Assembly: GCF_006345805.1 (NCBI RefSeq)
Contig: NW_021825194.1
Coordinates: forward strand, 62,001 to 126,000
DNA length: 64,000 nucleotides
Reading direction: 5' to 3'
Source of the DNA: Octopus sinensis
Taxonomy: Eukaryota
The position numbers were made by a program, and so were the translations under genes. The notes under the pieces were generated by a model. It saw only the letters and a list, made by a program, of their open reading frames with translations. It ran no database searches and was not told where the DNA came from. This document shows, piece by piece, positions 26,240-38,537 of this stretch (position 1 is its first letter; every line of letters starts with the position of its first letter).

Positions 26240-29200
26240 AAATAAAATATGGTCCGTTGTCTTCTGCTGAACTGGGGTCATCCCTTGACCCTAGGTTCAC
26301 GGAGGTACACAGCATAAAATGTGTGCGGAACCTAGCAACACTATTTTATGAAGTTCTCCCACGTAAACACTGCAAAGGAGTTTGTTGAACTGCTTATCAA
26401 GGCCCCTTTTAATTAGTCCTTATGCTCCAATCACTACTGGTGCTGTGCTGCTTTTCATTCCCCACATTTTGGTCACTTCTATTTCTACTCAAATAAATTC
26501 TCAACTTCTTTAATGGACACATTTCTCTCTGATGGTACTGTCACATCTATCATTAAGCATTTCTTATTCTTCTCATCTTTGATGATTATGTTCGGCGTAT
26601 TTGCCTTGATTTCTTTATCGGTGTTGATTGACATGTCCCAGAGTACTGTTACATCATCTTTTCCCGTCACAGTTTCAGGTTTATGCTGGTACCATCTTTC
26701 TGAAGTTGGAGGCTGGTAGTGTTTACATATCTTCCAATGGATATATTGCGCTACTCTATCGTATCTATGAATATATTCGGTTTTTGCAAGCGCTGTGCAT
26801 CCAGTTAAGATGTGGTCCACTGTTTCATCCTGCTCATGACACATTCTGCATTTCGGGTCAGTGTCATCGTTCATTATTTTGTTGTGGTAAGCCCTGGTTG
26901 CCAAGGTTTGATCTTGTGCTGCCATGATAAAATCTTCAGTTTCAGCCTTCAGTCCTGAGATCCATACATATAAGTGTCTCGTTTTTCTACGGCTAGTTTG
27001 TTCACTCTACATGGGTATCAGCCATGCATCGGTTTTTGTAGCCATTCTTCTTTGCTCTTCTTCTGGGTTTGTTTTTTCATTTCTTCCTTATCTCTTTTAG
27101 CAAACTGGGTTACTTTCTCACTCGCCTTCATCCTAGGTTCCTCCGTCATCAGTTGTTTCTTAAACTGTACAGAATCTTTGTATACCGAGTATAGCTTCTT
27201 TACTTTATCATGCGGGTGCACAAGCTTCATTAGAGGATCTTTTGACAGCTCAAGATATGTATTTAATACTAGAGTGATGATTTTGTAAGATAATTCTAAT
27301 TGAGTTAGTCCTCTTCCACCCATACCCCTAGGTAAATAAATCCTGTTCACGTCCGCTTTTGGATGGTTCCTTCGAGCCATGGTCAGTAGTTTTCTGGTCT
27401 TGGAGTCTAGCTTCTTTATTTCGCTCATTTGCCAGTTGATTATGTTGAAACTGTAAGCTGTGATTGGTACTGTAAGAGTGTTAATGGCTTCTATTTTGTT
27501 TGCAGCGTTGAGTTCAGTCTTTGTTACTAACCGTACTCTCCCGTAGTACTCTTTTCTAATCCTTTTCATTCGTTTTATGCCGTTACTTTCGTCTGTGCCA
27601 AGGTATTTATATGCTTCTTCCTGGTCTAGTGCTCGGTTTCTTGCTTCTGTACCTAGGTGAATATCCGCAGAACATGCCAGTTTGCCTCTTATGAAAGTAG
27701 TTTTAGCGCATTTCTCCAGTCCAAACTGCATCCTGATATCATTACTGAACTTTTTAACCGTAGCAAGTAGACTTTGTTGTTCGTCATTTTTTTAGTACAT
27801 TTTCAGATCATCCATGTAGAACAGATGACTCCCTTTTTTCTTCTTGATCTCATATCCATATTCGGTTTTGTTGAGTATGGTACTTAATGGTGCCAGTGCC
27901 AAGTAGAATATTAAAGGTAACAGCGAGTCCGCTTGTAAGATACCACTTTTGATTTTGATTGGTCTGCTTGTTATTGATCCACTGGAATGGTTCAGCATCA
28001 ACGTAGTTTCCCATGTATTCATGCTGTGTTTCATAAACTTGATGAGAGTTGAGGATACTTTGGGTACTTCCACTACTTTCAGAATCCATGAGTGAGGTAC
28101 ACTATCAAACACCTTTTTATAGTCAATCCATGATGTGCTCGTTTTTCTGGTTTTGCAGTCTTCAAGGATCATTTTGTTTATCAGCAATTGGTCCTTGCAT
28201 CCGTAGCTCCTTCTTCGACAACCTTTTTGTTCTGGTGGTAGTAGGTTGTTTTCTTCTAGGAGTGTGATTACAGATGTTAATCTTTTATACATTGTTGGTA
28301 GACAGGTGATTGGTCTATAGTTCTTTGGGTTTTCTGTGTCATTTGATTTTGGTATTAGGTATGTCACTCCCTGTGTCAACCAGTCTGGGCTATTTTCTGG
28401 GTTTTTCATGATTTCGTTGTACGCTGATGACATATCTCCATGTATATCAACTAGCTGTTTGGTACTCGATCTATTCCTGGTGACTTCAAATTGCTGGTCT
28501 TTTTCAGGGCCAGGGTGACCTCCTCCTTTTGAATATCTTCTCATTCCTGTACTTCTTTATTTTCCATGAGTGTTTCTTGTTCCTTAATCCATTCTGCATC
28601 TTCATTATGTTGTTTTTCACTTTCCCTTATCGTACTCCAGAAATTTTCCATGTCCCCTTTCTTTGGCGATTGTTCAAAATTTATTTGTTGTTTACCGAGT
28701 TCCCTGTAAAAATTCTTTCCATCTTCTTTAAATAATTTGTTTTGTCTAAATTGTTTGCTTCTCTTTATATATCGTGACAGTCGCTGTGCCTTTGCTTGGA
28801 GTTTTTGCTTTAGGTTTTCTTTTGTTTCAGGTATTTCATATTTTTGTTTGATGCCATGCTTTTTGCATATTTTCTTGGCTTTTCTTTGGTTGACTTGGTT
28901 TCCGATATTTATTTCGGTCAGTATTGATAGGTCGCCTCTTATGCATTGTATATCCTTTTCTAAGTTTCCTTTCCATTTTGGTTGACTTTTCTTCTATTGA
29001 GCAATTTTCTTTTAAAGTTTGCCTTTTGCTTCAGTAATAGCTGCAGCTGTAGCATAGGCTAGTTGGTTTCGCGATGTTATATTTAGTGGTTCTATTGTTG
29101 CTGATTTTATCTCATCTGTTACATTATTGCCAATTTTAATCAACTCTTTCAGGTTCTTATCCGTACTGACTTTTGGTTGGGGCTCTCTGTCTGTTGTATC

Positions 29201-30335
29201 TTGTGTTTTTTTTCTGTTCCCATTTTCTCTGTATTTCTTCTTTTAGTTCCAGATGAAATAAAACTGGATCTCTTCCTGTCAGGTGTCTCAGATGAACCAA
29301 CTTCACGGCAGGAGGTGCAGATGAGGGCAGCTGCATCGAACTCTCTCATGCACCAAATGGCAATTGCTAAAAAGCATTCGTGAAGTAAAGTCATGTAGCA
29401 ACACCGAATGACGGTGCCCCAGCACGTGAGCTGAAACTAGATAAAATATATATGAAATATATATATATATATATTTCTCCCTATCCATGTCACTGTTTCG
29501 TGCTGTTGGTTGTTTTACAGGTTCTTCTATCTCATTACCCACAGAGGGGTCCTCGAAAACATCCTCTTCTTGGTTTTCTGTAGTCCCTAATTCTATTTCA
29601 TTTGTATTTGGTGTTATACGGTGATATTTGTTGACTTTTTCTATTTCTTCCAGCTCTGTGAGCCTCCTGTTTTTAATGATATCTCTTCGGACATTCCCTA
29701 ACTTGTTGGAATCCATATTTAACCTTGAAATTGGATTTTCTTGTCCCCATAATTGATAAGTCTTTTTTGTTGTGTTATCTTCTTATGGTGTGACTACCGC
29801 CGTCTAGTATGCTTCCATGACTGGTTTATACTCTTCCCGATTCCATTTAGTTCTAGGGGTAGCCAACAGTTCGCACCCAGCCTGACACCTCACTAGGGGG
29901 CGCGTTCCTTGTTGACCCGCGAGACGAGCGATGCGGTATGGGCTGTTTTAATTGAATTTATCCATTATTGGTTAACTTCTGAGTATATTCATGGTGATTG
30001 GCTACATACTCCTTAAGTACCTGAGTGTACCCTCTGCGTATCACAAACATTGCTGGTTCCACCTTCAAGGCCGTTGTCCATCTGACTCTATGGGTCATCC
30101 ACCCTCTCCGCCGTCTCAGACTTCATGCACTTAAGGGAAGGTATCCCTTCAGCCACAACGGAAGTCTAACTGCCGTTGCCCCTCAGTTTAGTACCACTGT
30201 CGAGTGGAGTTCCCGGGGCATCACCGCCGGCGTGCACAACCAGCTACTTGGAGTCATAAGTGAGAGTTGAGCTTTTTTTTGTGAACTAGTGATCATCATC
30301 CATGCTCTTGGCATGCGACAGATGGGGAACAGAAG
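26240..30335 (-). mobile_element. Near full-length R4/Dong-clade RLE LINE in a (TAA)n tract
   Basis: NYRPITCL, EQKGC, IDYKKVFDSVPHSW, LFYMDDLK, FGLEKCA, LYLPR-like IYLPR..GGRGL, CRMC...ETVDHILTGC zinc knuckle, RYDRV, TPNIII..CLMIDV; (TTA)n on both flanks. Confidence 0.92.
29260..29445 (+). mobile_element. 5'-truncated CR1 3' end nested in the Dong element
   Basis: KLDLFLSGVSDEPTSRQEVQMRAAASNSL plus tail CGGTGCCCCAGCAC...GCTGAAAC; homologous to 7550-7740. Confidence 0.85.
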
Positions 30336-30350
30336 TTGTTGTTGTTGTTG

Positions 30351-30393
<43 letters not shown>

Positions 30394-30395
<2 letters not shown>

Positions 30396-30748
30396 TATGT
30401 TTGAGTTTTGCTTTATATTTGTACAAGTTGGCTCCAAGTCTCACCCAGAGACCTCAAGAGACACGAAAATTATGTTTGTTTTAAACCCTGAGATTACATA
30501 GAAAGTATTTTGCGTAGGATATGAGCAGTTCCCATGAGCACTATCTTTGAATTTCTGCCATTTTTGGGTTTCCTGGTATCTGAGATAGGTAGCAATCAGC
30601 CCCTTTCGCTATCATTCCCAGGGCAACTATGACAACAGGTATTGTTTTAGTCTTCAGCTTCCACATTTTGCTGATTTCTATTTCAAGATCTTTATATTTG
30701 CTCAGTTTTTGGTAGGTCTTGACAGATACGTTTATGTCGATTGGGACA

Positions 30749-30750
<2 letters not shown>
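30394..30750 (-). mobile_element. 3' fragment of a Dong-like LINE (same family as 53046-54540)
   Basis: Near-identical reverse complement of 54090-54540; (TTA)n on both sides. Confidence 0.9.
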
Positions 30751-30791
<41 letters not shown>

Positions 30792-30830
30792 TATTATTAT
30801 TATTATTTATTATTATTATTATTATTATTG

Positions 30831-30898
<68 letters not shown>

Positions 30899-30908
30899 AT
30901 TATTATTT

Positions 30909-31122
30909 AAGGAGGCGAGCTGGTAGAATCGTTAGAACGTCGGGCGAAATTCTTTGCGGTATTTTGTCTGCCGCAACGTTCTGAGTTCAAATTCCACCGT
31001 GGTCGACTTTGCCTTTCAACCTTTCGGGGTCGATAAATTAAGGAACAGTCAAGTACTGGGGTCGATGTGAACGAATTACCTCCTCTCCTCAAATTTCAGG
31101 CCTTATTCTTACAGTAAAAAGG

Positions 31123-31125
<3 letters not shown>
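30909..31125 (+). mobile_element. Full-length tRNA-derived SINE (Meta/MESC-like core) with (ATT)n tail
   Basis: A-box TGGTAGAATCG, B-box GAGTTCAAATT, core GTCGACTTTGCCTTTCAACCTTTCGGGGTCGATAAA. Confidence 0.88.
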
Positions 31126-31182
<57 letters not shown>

Positions 31183-31740
31183 GAGTGAGAGAGCAGTTCA
31201 TGCCATCAAAGTGACACTGGGGTAAAATATACGAAGCCCAATATACCCATCATGACTACCCGAATGATAAGGATACACCAGGCACATGCATCACAACCAT
31301 ATGTGCGCGACATGGTGATTGCATATCAAGATAAACAGCACATGACCTTGCAGGTGGGGCCCAGTTAGAACTTTCTTCAGGTTGAGTAGCCCATCCCGCT
31401 CAAAAGGTCCCTGAATAAGGGTTGTTTGAGGATATTGAAAGAACCACCCATGTTTCCAGAGGTGAATTATTCAAACCCCAAACAATCCCTCTCAACACAT
31501 GGCTATGATGCTCCCCCACCACTTCTGCTCGTGATCAGAGATGCACATATCGTCAGCCACTAAGGGACATGCTCAACTGGTTAAGGTCAAACAACTGACA
31601 AGCAAATCTGTGGTATTGAGCAGAATATTTGCTGTAGCCCATCTTTTATACCAAGACAAAACAATGTACATGATAACACTTCCAGTCATTTCAGACCAGA
31701 AGCCATGAGAGCCACTGCATGGTACTGCATCAGGGCATTT
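31183..31740 (-). mobile_element. Unclassified ~550-bp non-coding interspersed element, copy 1
   Basis: Colinear with 31765-32298 and with the reverse complement of 55062-55596; flanked by (TAA)n; strand inferred from the TAA flank. Confidence 0.8.
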
Positions 31741-31764
31741 ATTATTATTATTATTATTATTATT

Positions 31765-32298
31765 GAGAGAGAGAGCAGTGCATGCCATCAAAGTGACACT
31801 GGGGTAAAATATACGAAGCCCAGTATGCCCATCATGACTACACGCCTGATAAGGGTACACTAGGCACATGCATCACAACCACATGTGCGCGACATGGTGA
31901 TCTCATATCAAGATAAATAGCACATGACATTGCAGGTGGGGCCCAGTTAGAATTTTCTTCTGGTCGAGTAACCCATCCCGCTCAAAAGGTCCCTGATTAA
32001 GGGTTGTTTAAGGATGTTGAACGAAACACTAATGTTTCCAGAGGTGAATTATTCAAACCCCAAAGAATCCCTTTCAACATATAGCTATGATGCTCCCCCA
32101 CTACTTCTGGTCGTGATCAGAGGTGCACATATCATCAGGCACTAAGGGACATGGCCAACTGGTTAAGGGAAAACAGCTGACAAGCAAATCTGTGGTAGTG
32201 AGCAGAATATTTGCTATAGCCCATCTTTTACACCAAGACAAAACAAGATACATGATAACACTTCCACGAGAGCTACTGCCTGGTACTGCATCAGGGCA
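31765..32298 (-). mobile_element. Unclassified ~550-bp element, copy 2
   Basis: Diverged from copy 1 and separated from it by (ATT)n. Confidence 0.8.
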
Positions 32299-32401
32299 AT
32301 CATCATCATCATCATCATCATCGTCATCGTCATCGTCATCGTCATCGCCATCGCCATCGCCACCGCCATCGCCACCGCCACCTTCGTCATCGTCATCGTC
32401 G

Positions 32402-32459
<58 letters not shown>

Positions 32460-32461
32460 TT

Positions 32462-32630
32462 CTTCGGGCATTTCTTCTGACTTTATGTTCTGAGTTCAAA
32501 TGCCGCCAGAGTTGACTTTGTTTTTCATCCTTTTAGGATTGATAAAACAACTACCAGTTGAACATTGGAGTCGATGTAATTGACTTAGCCCTTCCCGGAA
32601 ATATTTGGCCTTGTGCCAAAATTTTAAACT
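32462..32630 (+). mobile_element. 5'-truncated Meta/MESC-like SINE
   Basis: GTTCTGAGTTCAAAT...GTTGACTTTGTTTTTCATCCTTTTAGGATTGATAAA. Confidence 0.75.
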
Positions 32631-32655
32631 ATTATTGTTATTATTGTCATTGTTG

Positions 32656-32716
<61 letters not shown>

Positions 32717-32748
32717 CATTATTATTGTTATTATTATTATTATTATTA

Positions 32749-32779
<31 letters not shown>

Positions 32780-32794
32780 CATTATTCTTTTTGC

Positions 32795-32832
<38 letters not shown>

Positions 32833-32869
32833 GCTACTACTACTACTTCTTCTTCTTCTTCTTCTTTTA

Positions 32870-34950
32870 AATCGGGCCTTCTAGATTCTATTACTCTGTC
32901 AGTCTAAATGTTAAAACCCCACATCTTATATTTCTTACTTTCTAGCATTTTACTAGGTTCATGTTCATGCCATTTATCAGTATGGTCAAATCCTAGCTCT
33001 CTATATAACTCACAGTGGATTACTCTCCCTAGGTTATCATGTCTTTTTTTGTATCCTTTCTATGCCAGCATGCTACATTCGCTTACTATATGGGTAACGC
33101 TTTCCTCTTTTGATTTGCATAACCTATATTGAGAATCTACTTGGTTTTTGTCTATCTAGGCGTTTATACAATTAGTCATTAGTGCTTGATCAAGTGCTGC
33201 TACTAACAAACTTGCTGTCTCTCTTTTCAGCCTTTCTTTCTGCAACCATAACCATGTCTCACTACTACTATTTGCTGCAACTATCTTTGGGAATCTGCCG
33301 TGCAAAGCTTTCTCTTGTCAGAAAATCTTTCTTCTTGTTCTTGAATTTTAACTTCGTTTGGGTTTTTGGTTTCCCTTTCTCCTGTTGTTACACTAGGAAC
33401 TCTTAATAAAATTTCTTCACTGTGAACTGCGTAAAAGGCTATATCTTCTCTAGTTAAATCCTCGCAGTCTTCTATCGATATTAACTCTCCACCACATTGC
33501 TACTCCTGCTCTTAGGTGAAGTCTTTCATTCATATTGAATTCCTTCCTAGTTCTTCTGTCTAGATTTGCTTGTTCAGATTTTTCCAATCTACAAAATCTG
33601 CTGAATATCTACGTATCTGAGTAGCAATACTGTCCAAGAATTTTGAAGCCTTCACTAGATTTGAACCATTTAACTTTGACTTCATTAGCATCCTCACCTG
33701 ATTTACTCCTCAATTTTCGTTTTCATTTCTATAATTAGTACTCTATCAGATTCTAATACCCCGTAGATACTTATAACTCTCTCATTATTTCAGTGATTTT
33801 TAATGTCTGGCCATCTGGTAATGGGACGCCTTCACTGCTAACTACCTGTCCCCTTTTCATGACTATTATTGCACACTTATCTATGCCAAAATGCTGAAGA
33901 GTCTAACAGTCTGTAATTAAGGAATATGTTCTTTTCATTCTTTTAAAAAGCTTTGGATTAACCATGGAGAGCAAATAGATAATTTTTCCTTTACTATCTC
34001 TAAACTGATACCCTGCCTCTGCTTCTCGTAATGCTAAATCGAGTTGGGTTAAGCATAATAAATATTATAGGGGATAACGAGTCTTCCTGGAAAATTCTTC
34101 CCTTGATATTAATTTTCCCTGTGTCACCTGAGTAGAGTCTACTTTCAATTTCTTCATGCTGTAGCTAATTAATTCTCTTATGTTCTCTGCTATATTGAAT
34201 ATACTCAAACATTCATGAGTGTGGTATCATGTCATAGGCTTTCTTATAAATAATCCTTGCTATTGTTAAATATTTGTTTCTAGATTTCACTTCTTTTAGA
34301 ACTGTTTTATCTATATATCATAGATCATGCGTTTCTCTAGTCTTCTTCCTGCAACCTTTCTGTTCTTCTGACAGTAAATTCTGGCTGACAAGGTGCTGAA
34401 ATCTTTCTTGTTAACAGCTTTCACACTAACAGTCTATTATTACTAACTGTATTGCCCTTGCTTTTGTCTTTCATAAGGAGTACTGTTCCCCCTCTAGTCA
34501 CCCAATAAGGCATTACTCCTCCATTCAGGTAACCCTAAAGTTGTCCCCTCAGTCTTCCATATAAGCTACTAAATTTCTTTAACCAGTGCCCTTGAACTAT
34601 ATCTAGTCCTGGACCCTTCCAAGTTGGCATTCTTCCTTGCACTTTATTCATTAATGCACTACTTGGCTGCTTCTCACTAACTACTTCCCTCTTACTTTCT
34701 TTAAACATGCTGCATTCCATTGTGGTTGATTGCCTTATCCAAAATATTACTCCTGAACTCTCTAGCTTCTTCTGCATTAGGTTTCTCATCTTCAGTATTT
34801 TCTTCTATGCTGTTTATTTGGCTATGAAATCTCCTCTGGTCAGTCTCAAACAATCCTTTCTGTTGGTATTGATCTATTCTTTTCTGATATCTGGAAAGCC
34901 AGCCTGCTAGTTTTATATGTTGCTTCAACTCTTCCATGACTATCTCAGAT
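32870..34950 (-). mobile_element. Degenerate R4/Dong-like LINE (separate family)
   Basis: LSRYQKRIDQYQQKGLFETDQRRF; MPTWKGPGLDIVQGHWLKKF; FGIDKCA and IESRRPD read manually; adjoins (TTA)/(CTA)/(CTT) tract. Confidence 0.82.
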
Positions 34951-35012
34951 CCTTTCCAGTAACGTCATTTACTGCATCTCCTGCTCTTTCAACCCTACCC
35001 TGTATTTTTCCT

Positions 35013-35733
35013 CAGGAGAAGACTGTAAAACTTAAAGCAGGGATTTTTGATGGACCACAGATCCGTATGCTCTTGAAAGACACAAATTTCGTGGAAACGA
35101 CGAATGAATATGAAGCATCAGTTTGGCTAGCCTTTGCAGAAGTAGTGCAGAATTTTCTTGGGAAACACAAAATTGAAAACTATAAAGACCTTGTTACCAA
35201 CTTGATATCAACTTTTCTTGATATTGGTGCGAATATGAGCACCAAAATGAATTATCTTTTTAGTCATCTTGATCGTTTTCCTGAAAATCTCGGAGATGTT
35301 AGCGATGAACAAGGCGAACAATTCCATCAGGACATTAAGGAGATGGAAACTCGATACCAAGGACGTTGGGACGCTATAATGATGGCAGACTATTGCTGGT
35401 GTTTAAAACGAGATACTCCTGTTGCTCAACATTCACGATGCACAAAGAAGCATAAATTTATTCCTTGAGTTTTATGCCAAAAATCTTTGCCAATGTGCAT
35501 TTTCAATTTTCAATTTTTGTTTGTACTTTGTTTTGTGTTATGTTCGTTATCTTTATTGATTCCTCTTATATGCCACTTGTATGAATAAAATACTTACTCT
35601 ATCAGGTCTAGTCAGAAAACTAGACCTGATAGAGAAAAACTAAAGTTAGTTTTGAATTTAGCAGGCAAAATCACTTAAGAATTCTTTGAAATATTCCAGG
35701 CACGAGACAAAAAATTTTTGTTGTTGCCCAGTG
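35013..35733 (+). mobile_element. Chapaev3-type (CMC) DNA transposon, 3' part
   Basis: KLKAGIFDGPQIR...NFLG...SHLDRFPENLGDVSDEQGEQFHQDI..METRYQGRW...MMADYCW.LKRD; terminus TTGTTGCCCAGTG followed by TTA (CAC..GTG ends with TWA target). Confidence 0.8.
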
Positions 35734-35887
35734 TTATTATATTCAAGCTGGTGGAAATGACTATATAAATACTTAAATACTATCACTAGGGGTATAAATA
35801 ATTATTATTAATAAGAAGTGAAATAACAATAAGGATAAAGCAATAGAAAAATAATCACACAAAGCACACATATAGATAAATATATGT

Positions 35888-36175
35888 AATGAATGAGGGA
35901 AACAGAAAATAGAGTTCGCAGGAATCTTTATTGAACACCACAATGATTGTTTTTATTCATCCTGCATCTCTCCCTTGCGGGTGAGATACAGTACAACTGG
36001 TTGTGTTGCCTCCTCCAGTGCAGAATGCATCTCATCGGGCGTCTTACACTGGAGGATGCTACACAATCAGTTGCACAGTATCCCACCCGTAAGGGACAGA
36101 TGCAGGATGAGTCGAAACGATCGTCGTGTCGAATAAAGATTCAAGCGAAATCTATTTTGTTTCCCTAATTCATAA
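35888..36175. repeat. ~290-bp imperfect palindrome with hammerhead-derived sequence
   Basis: Arms ~140 bp, e.g. TCATCCTGCATCTCTCCCTTGCGGGTG vs CACCCGTAAGGGACAGATGCAGGATGA; centre ~36030-36040. Confidence 0.9.
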
Positions 36176-36439
36176 TAAACTCAACGAACAGTGCGTAATT
36201 CCAGTGACACTTATATCAAACCTGTGGATGGCATCAGGTAGCATAAACAGTGAAAGTACTTTAATCGGCATACTACTAAACATAAACCGAAGGTCCAAAT
36301 AATTACTTATATATAAATAAATATCTATATAGTGTTACATACATATATGTATATATATGTATAGACAGATATAGTCACATACGTATATACATACCTACAG
36401 ATATATACTTACATAGTTACCCAATATATATATATATAT

Positions 36440-37545
36440 ATCTTTGAATTTTAATATTTTATAAGTCTTATGGTGTAATAATATTGTTTTTTATGTAAAT
36501 ATCGTTGTTTATGTAATGATCTAATTATCGTAATTTTCTTTATGATTATTAGATATTAGCTTTAAGTTTATTCGTAAGAATTTACTTAGCGATAGATATG
36601 TTGTTTGATAGCAAGTATACGAGTTGTTTGAAGTTAGGTTTATGTATATACATGTATTAATAGCATTAATTGTAGTTTTAAATTTCTTATAATTATTATT
36701 TTAACTTATCTGTTGTTCTTTTAAATTGATATTTGCTAGATTTATTATTCCCATTGATAAATATATTTATAGTATTTATTTGATACTATATAACTACGAA
36801 TTGATTATTTCTTTAAGTATTTTAAATATAAGATTTCTGAAAGTTATTATTTAGCCAACGAGATATAAAGATAGTTAATTTGATATAGTGTTCGTTTAAG
36901 ATTGTTTTTTTTTTAAAATTAGCTATTTCATCTTTAAATATGAAAAATTAATTTATTAGGTCTTTATTATATGTGCATATATATATTTATAGAGATTATT
37001 TTAGATCTTAATTATGATATTTATATACATTTATATATTTTCATTGATAATTTATATATTATTTGAATTTTATATTTTTAATAATATAATAGTTTTTTTG
37101 TAGAATATTTATGTAATTAGATATTGACTATTACTGATATTAGATTATTGGTGGGTTTCTTACCTTAAAAATTAATACTTAAAGATTAAAATTAATAATT
37201 AACATTATAATTGATGTTTTGATTTTCTAGTTTGATAATAGAGTTTTTTATAAGTAAAATTATTATATTATTTATTTCTTAAAAATATTGTTTAAATATT
37301 TCTGTTTACTTATTAAAATATTACAATTAACCTGAAGATTGACTGTAACCATAATTCGAATTATTAATTGAATTTAAATTATTGTTATTCGAATTGGTTA
37401 CGGGCATGAAACGATCGTAGTGTTTTTACTATTTATCTTATATTAAACTTTTAATACTTTTTGATAGTTATATAATTTACAAAAAAAATAAATAAAAAAT
37501 AAATAAATAAAATAAAATAAAATAATAAAATAATAAAATAATAAT

Positions 37546-37583
<38 letters not shown>

Positions 37584-37755
37584 TATAAGTTTAAATTATT
37601 TAAATAATTTTAACTTTAATTTAAATATTTTAATTTGGAATTTTATATTTTATATTTTTTATATGTATGTTTTATATATTTTTTTAATTAATTTTTTTCT
37701 ATGTATTGGCTTATGATTTTCACTGTTTGATTTGCCTAATAGTGGTTTTATCTCT
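36440..37755 (+). mobile_element. Penelope 3' region/pLTR (related to 57.7-58.7 kb)
   Basis: Shared segments TTAGCCAACGAGATATA and TTGCCTAATAGTGGTTTTATCTCTAAT, and a homologous hammerhead. Confidence 0.75.
37327..37425 (+). ncRNA. Type I hammerhead ribozyme with long stem II
   Basis: CTGAAGA-TTGACTGTAACC...GGTTACGGGCAT-GAAA-CGATCG-TA-GTGTT. Confidence 0.8.
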
Positions 37756-37859
37756 AATATAATGTAATATAATATAATATTAACATGTGATCTCTTGAGC
37801 ACTACCAGCTCAAATATTTTTTCTTCTGTCTTCCCTCCTTGGGATCGTTCCTTCTCCTT

Positions 37860-37894
37860 GTTTCCGATTAAGAGCTCCGCTCGAAACGTTAAAC
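37860..37894 (+). ncRNA. Degenerate minimal hammerhead-like motif
   Basis: GTTT-ccgattaa-GAGC tcc GCTC-GAAA-CG-TT-AAAC; first core box mutated. Confidence 0.45.
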
Positions 37895-38004
37895 CCTCCT
37901 TCCCTTCTTTCCTGAGCGTCAATAATACTTTAATTGTTCCACGTCCTGCGTTGCTGTGTTTTTTCTCATTTTTTCTCTTTTTTTCTGTGTTTTCTTGTTT
38001 GGAT

Positions 38005-38059
<55 letters not shown>

Positions 38060-38537
38060 TAGCAGCATAGCCCGGCGTTGCCCGGGTATATAAGAAACTT
38101 TGTCGATAAGCAATGCTCTTTACCTTTTTACCCTTTTTTGTACTCATTGAACCGTTATTTTGTAAAATGAAGCCTAAAAGGCATTAAGGCATTCAAAGCA
38201 CCGTTCCCTTGCATGCATGAAGAAAATCTATGACAGTCAAAGTGCATTTTCTGGTTTTTATTTGCACACCCAACCCAGTTCTGCGGGATCAGTGTCGCGA
38301 CGGGAACGCATGGGTTGGGAGTTTGACAGGCAGAGGTGATAAGGTTGCACATGCCGGCCCTTTTGCCCCCCCCCCCCGAACTCAAGTTGGGTTCGGACCA
38401 CAGCTAAGCCCTACCTAATCCTAATTTAAATCTAGCGAAAGGAGGCTCGGGAGCCTCTAGTAGGCAACGACTAATTCCGATTTAGTCCTTTCCCTCTAGG
38501 GAACGAAGGCGCATGTGTAGGTTGCAACGTCTTCTCT

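Noticed and set aside
30000-30335. HDV-like ribozyme in the GC-richer Dong 5' UTR
   Set aside because: Plausible for R2/R4-type elements, but I could not build a convincing nested double pseudoknot
32101-32515. Poly-Asp/poly-Ser/poly-Met ORFs
   Set aside because: Translations of a (CAT)n/(CATCGT)n microsatellite
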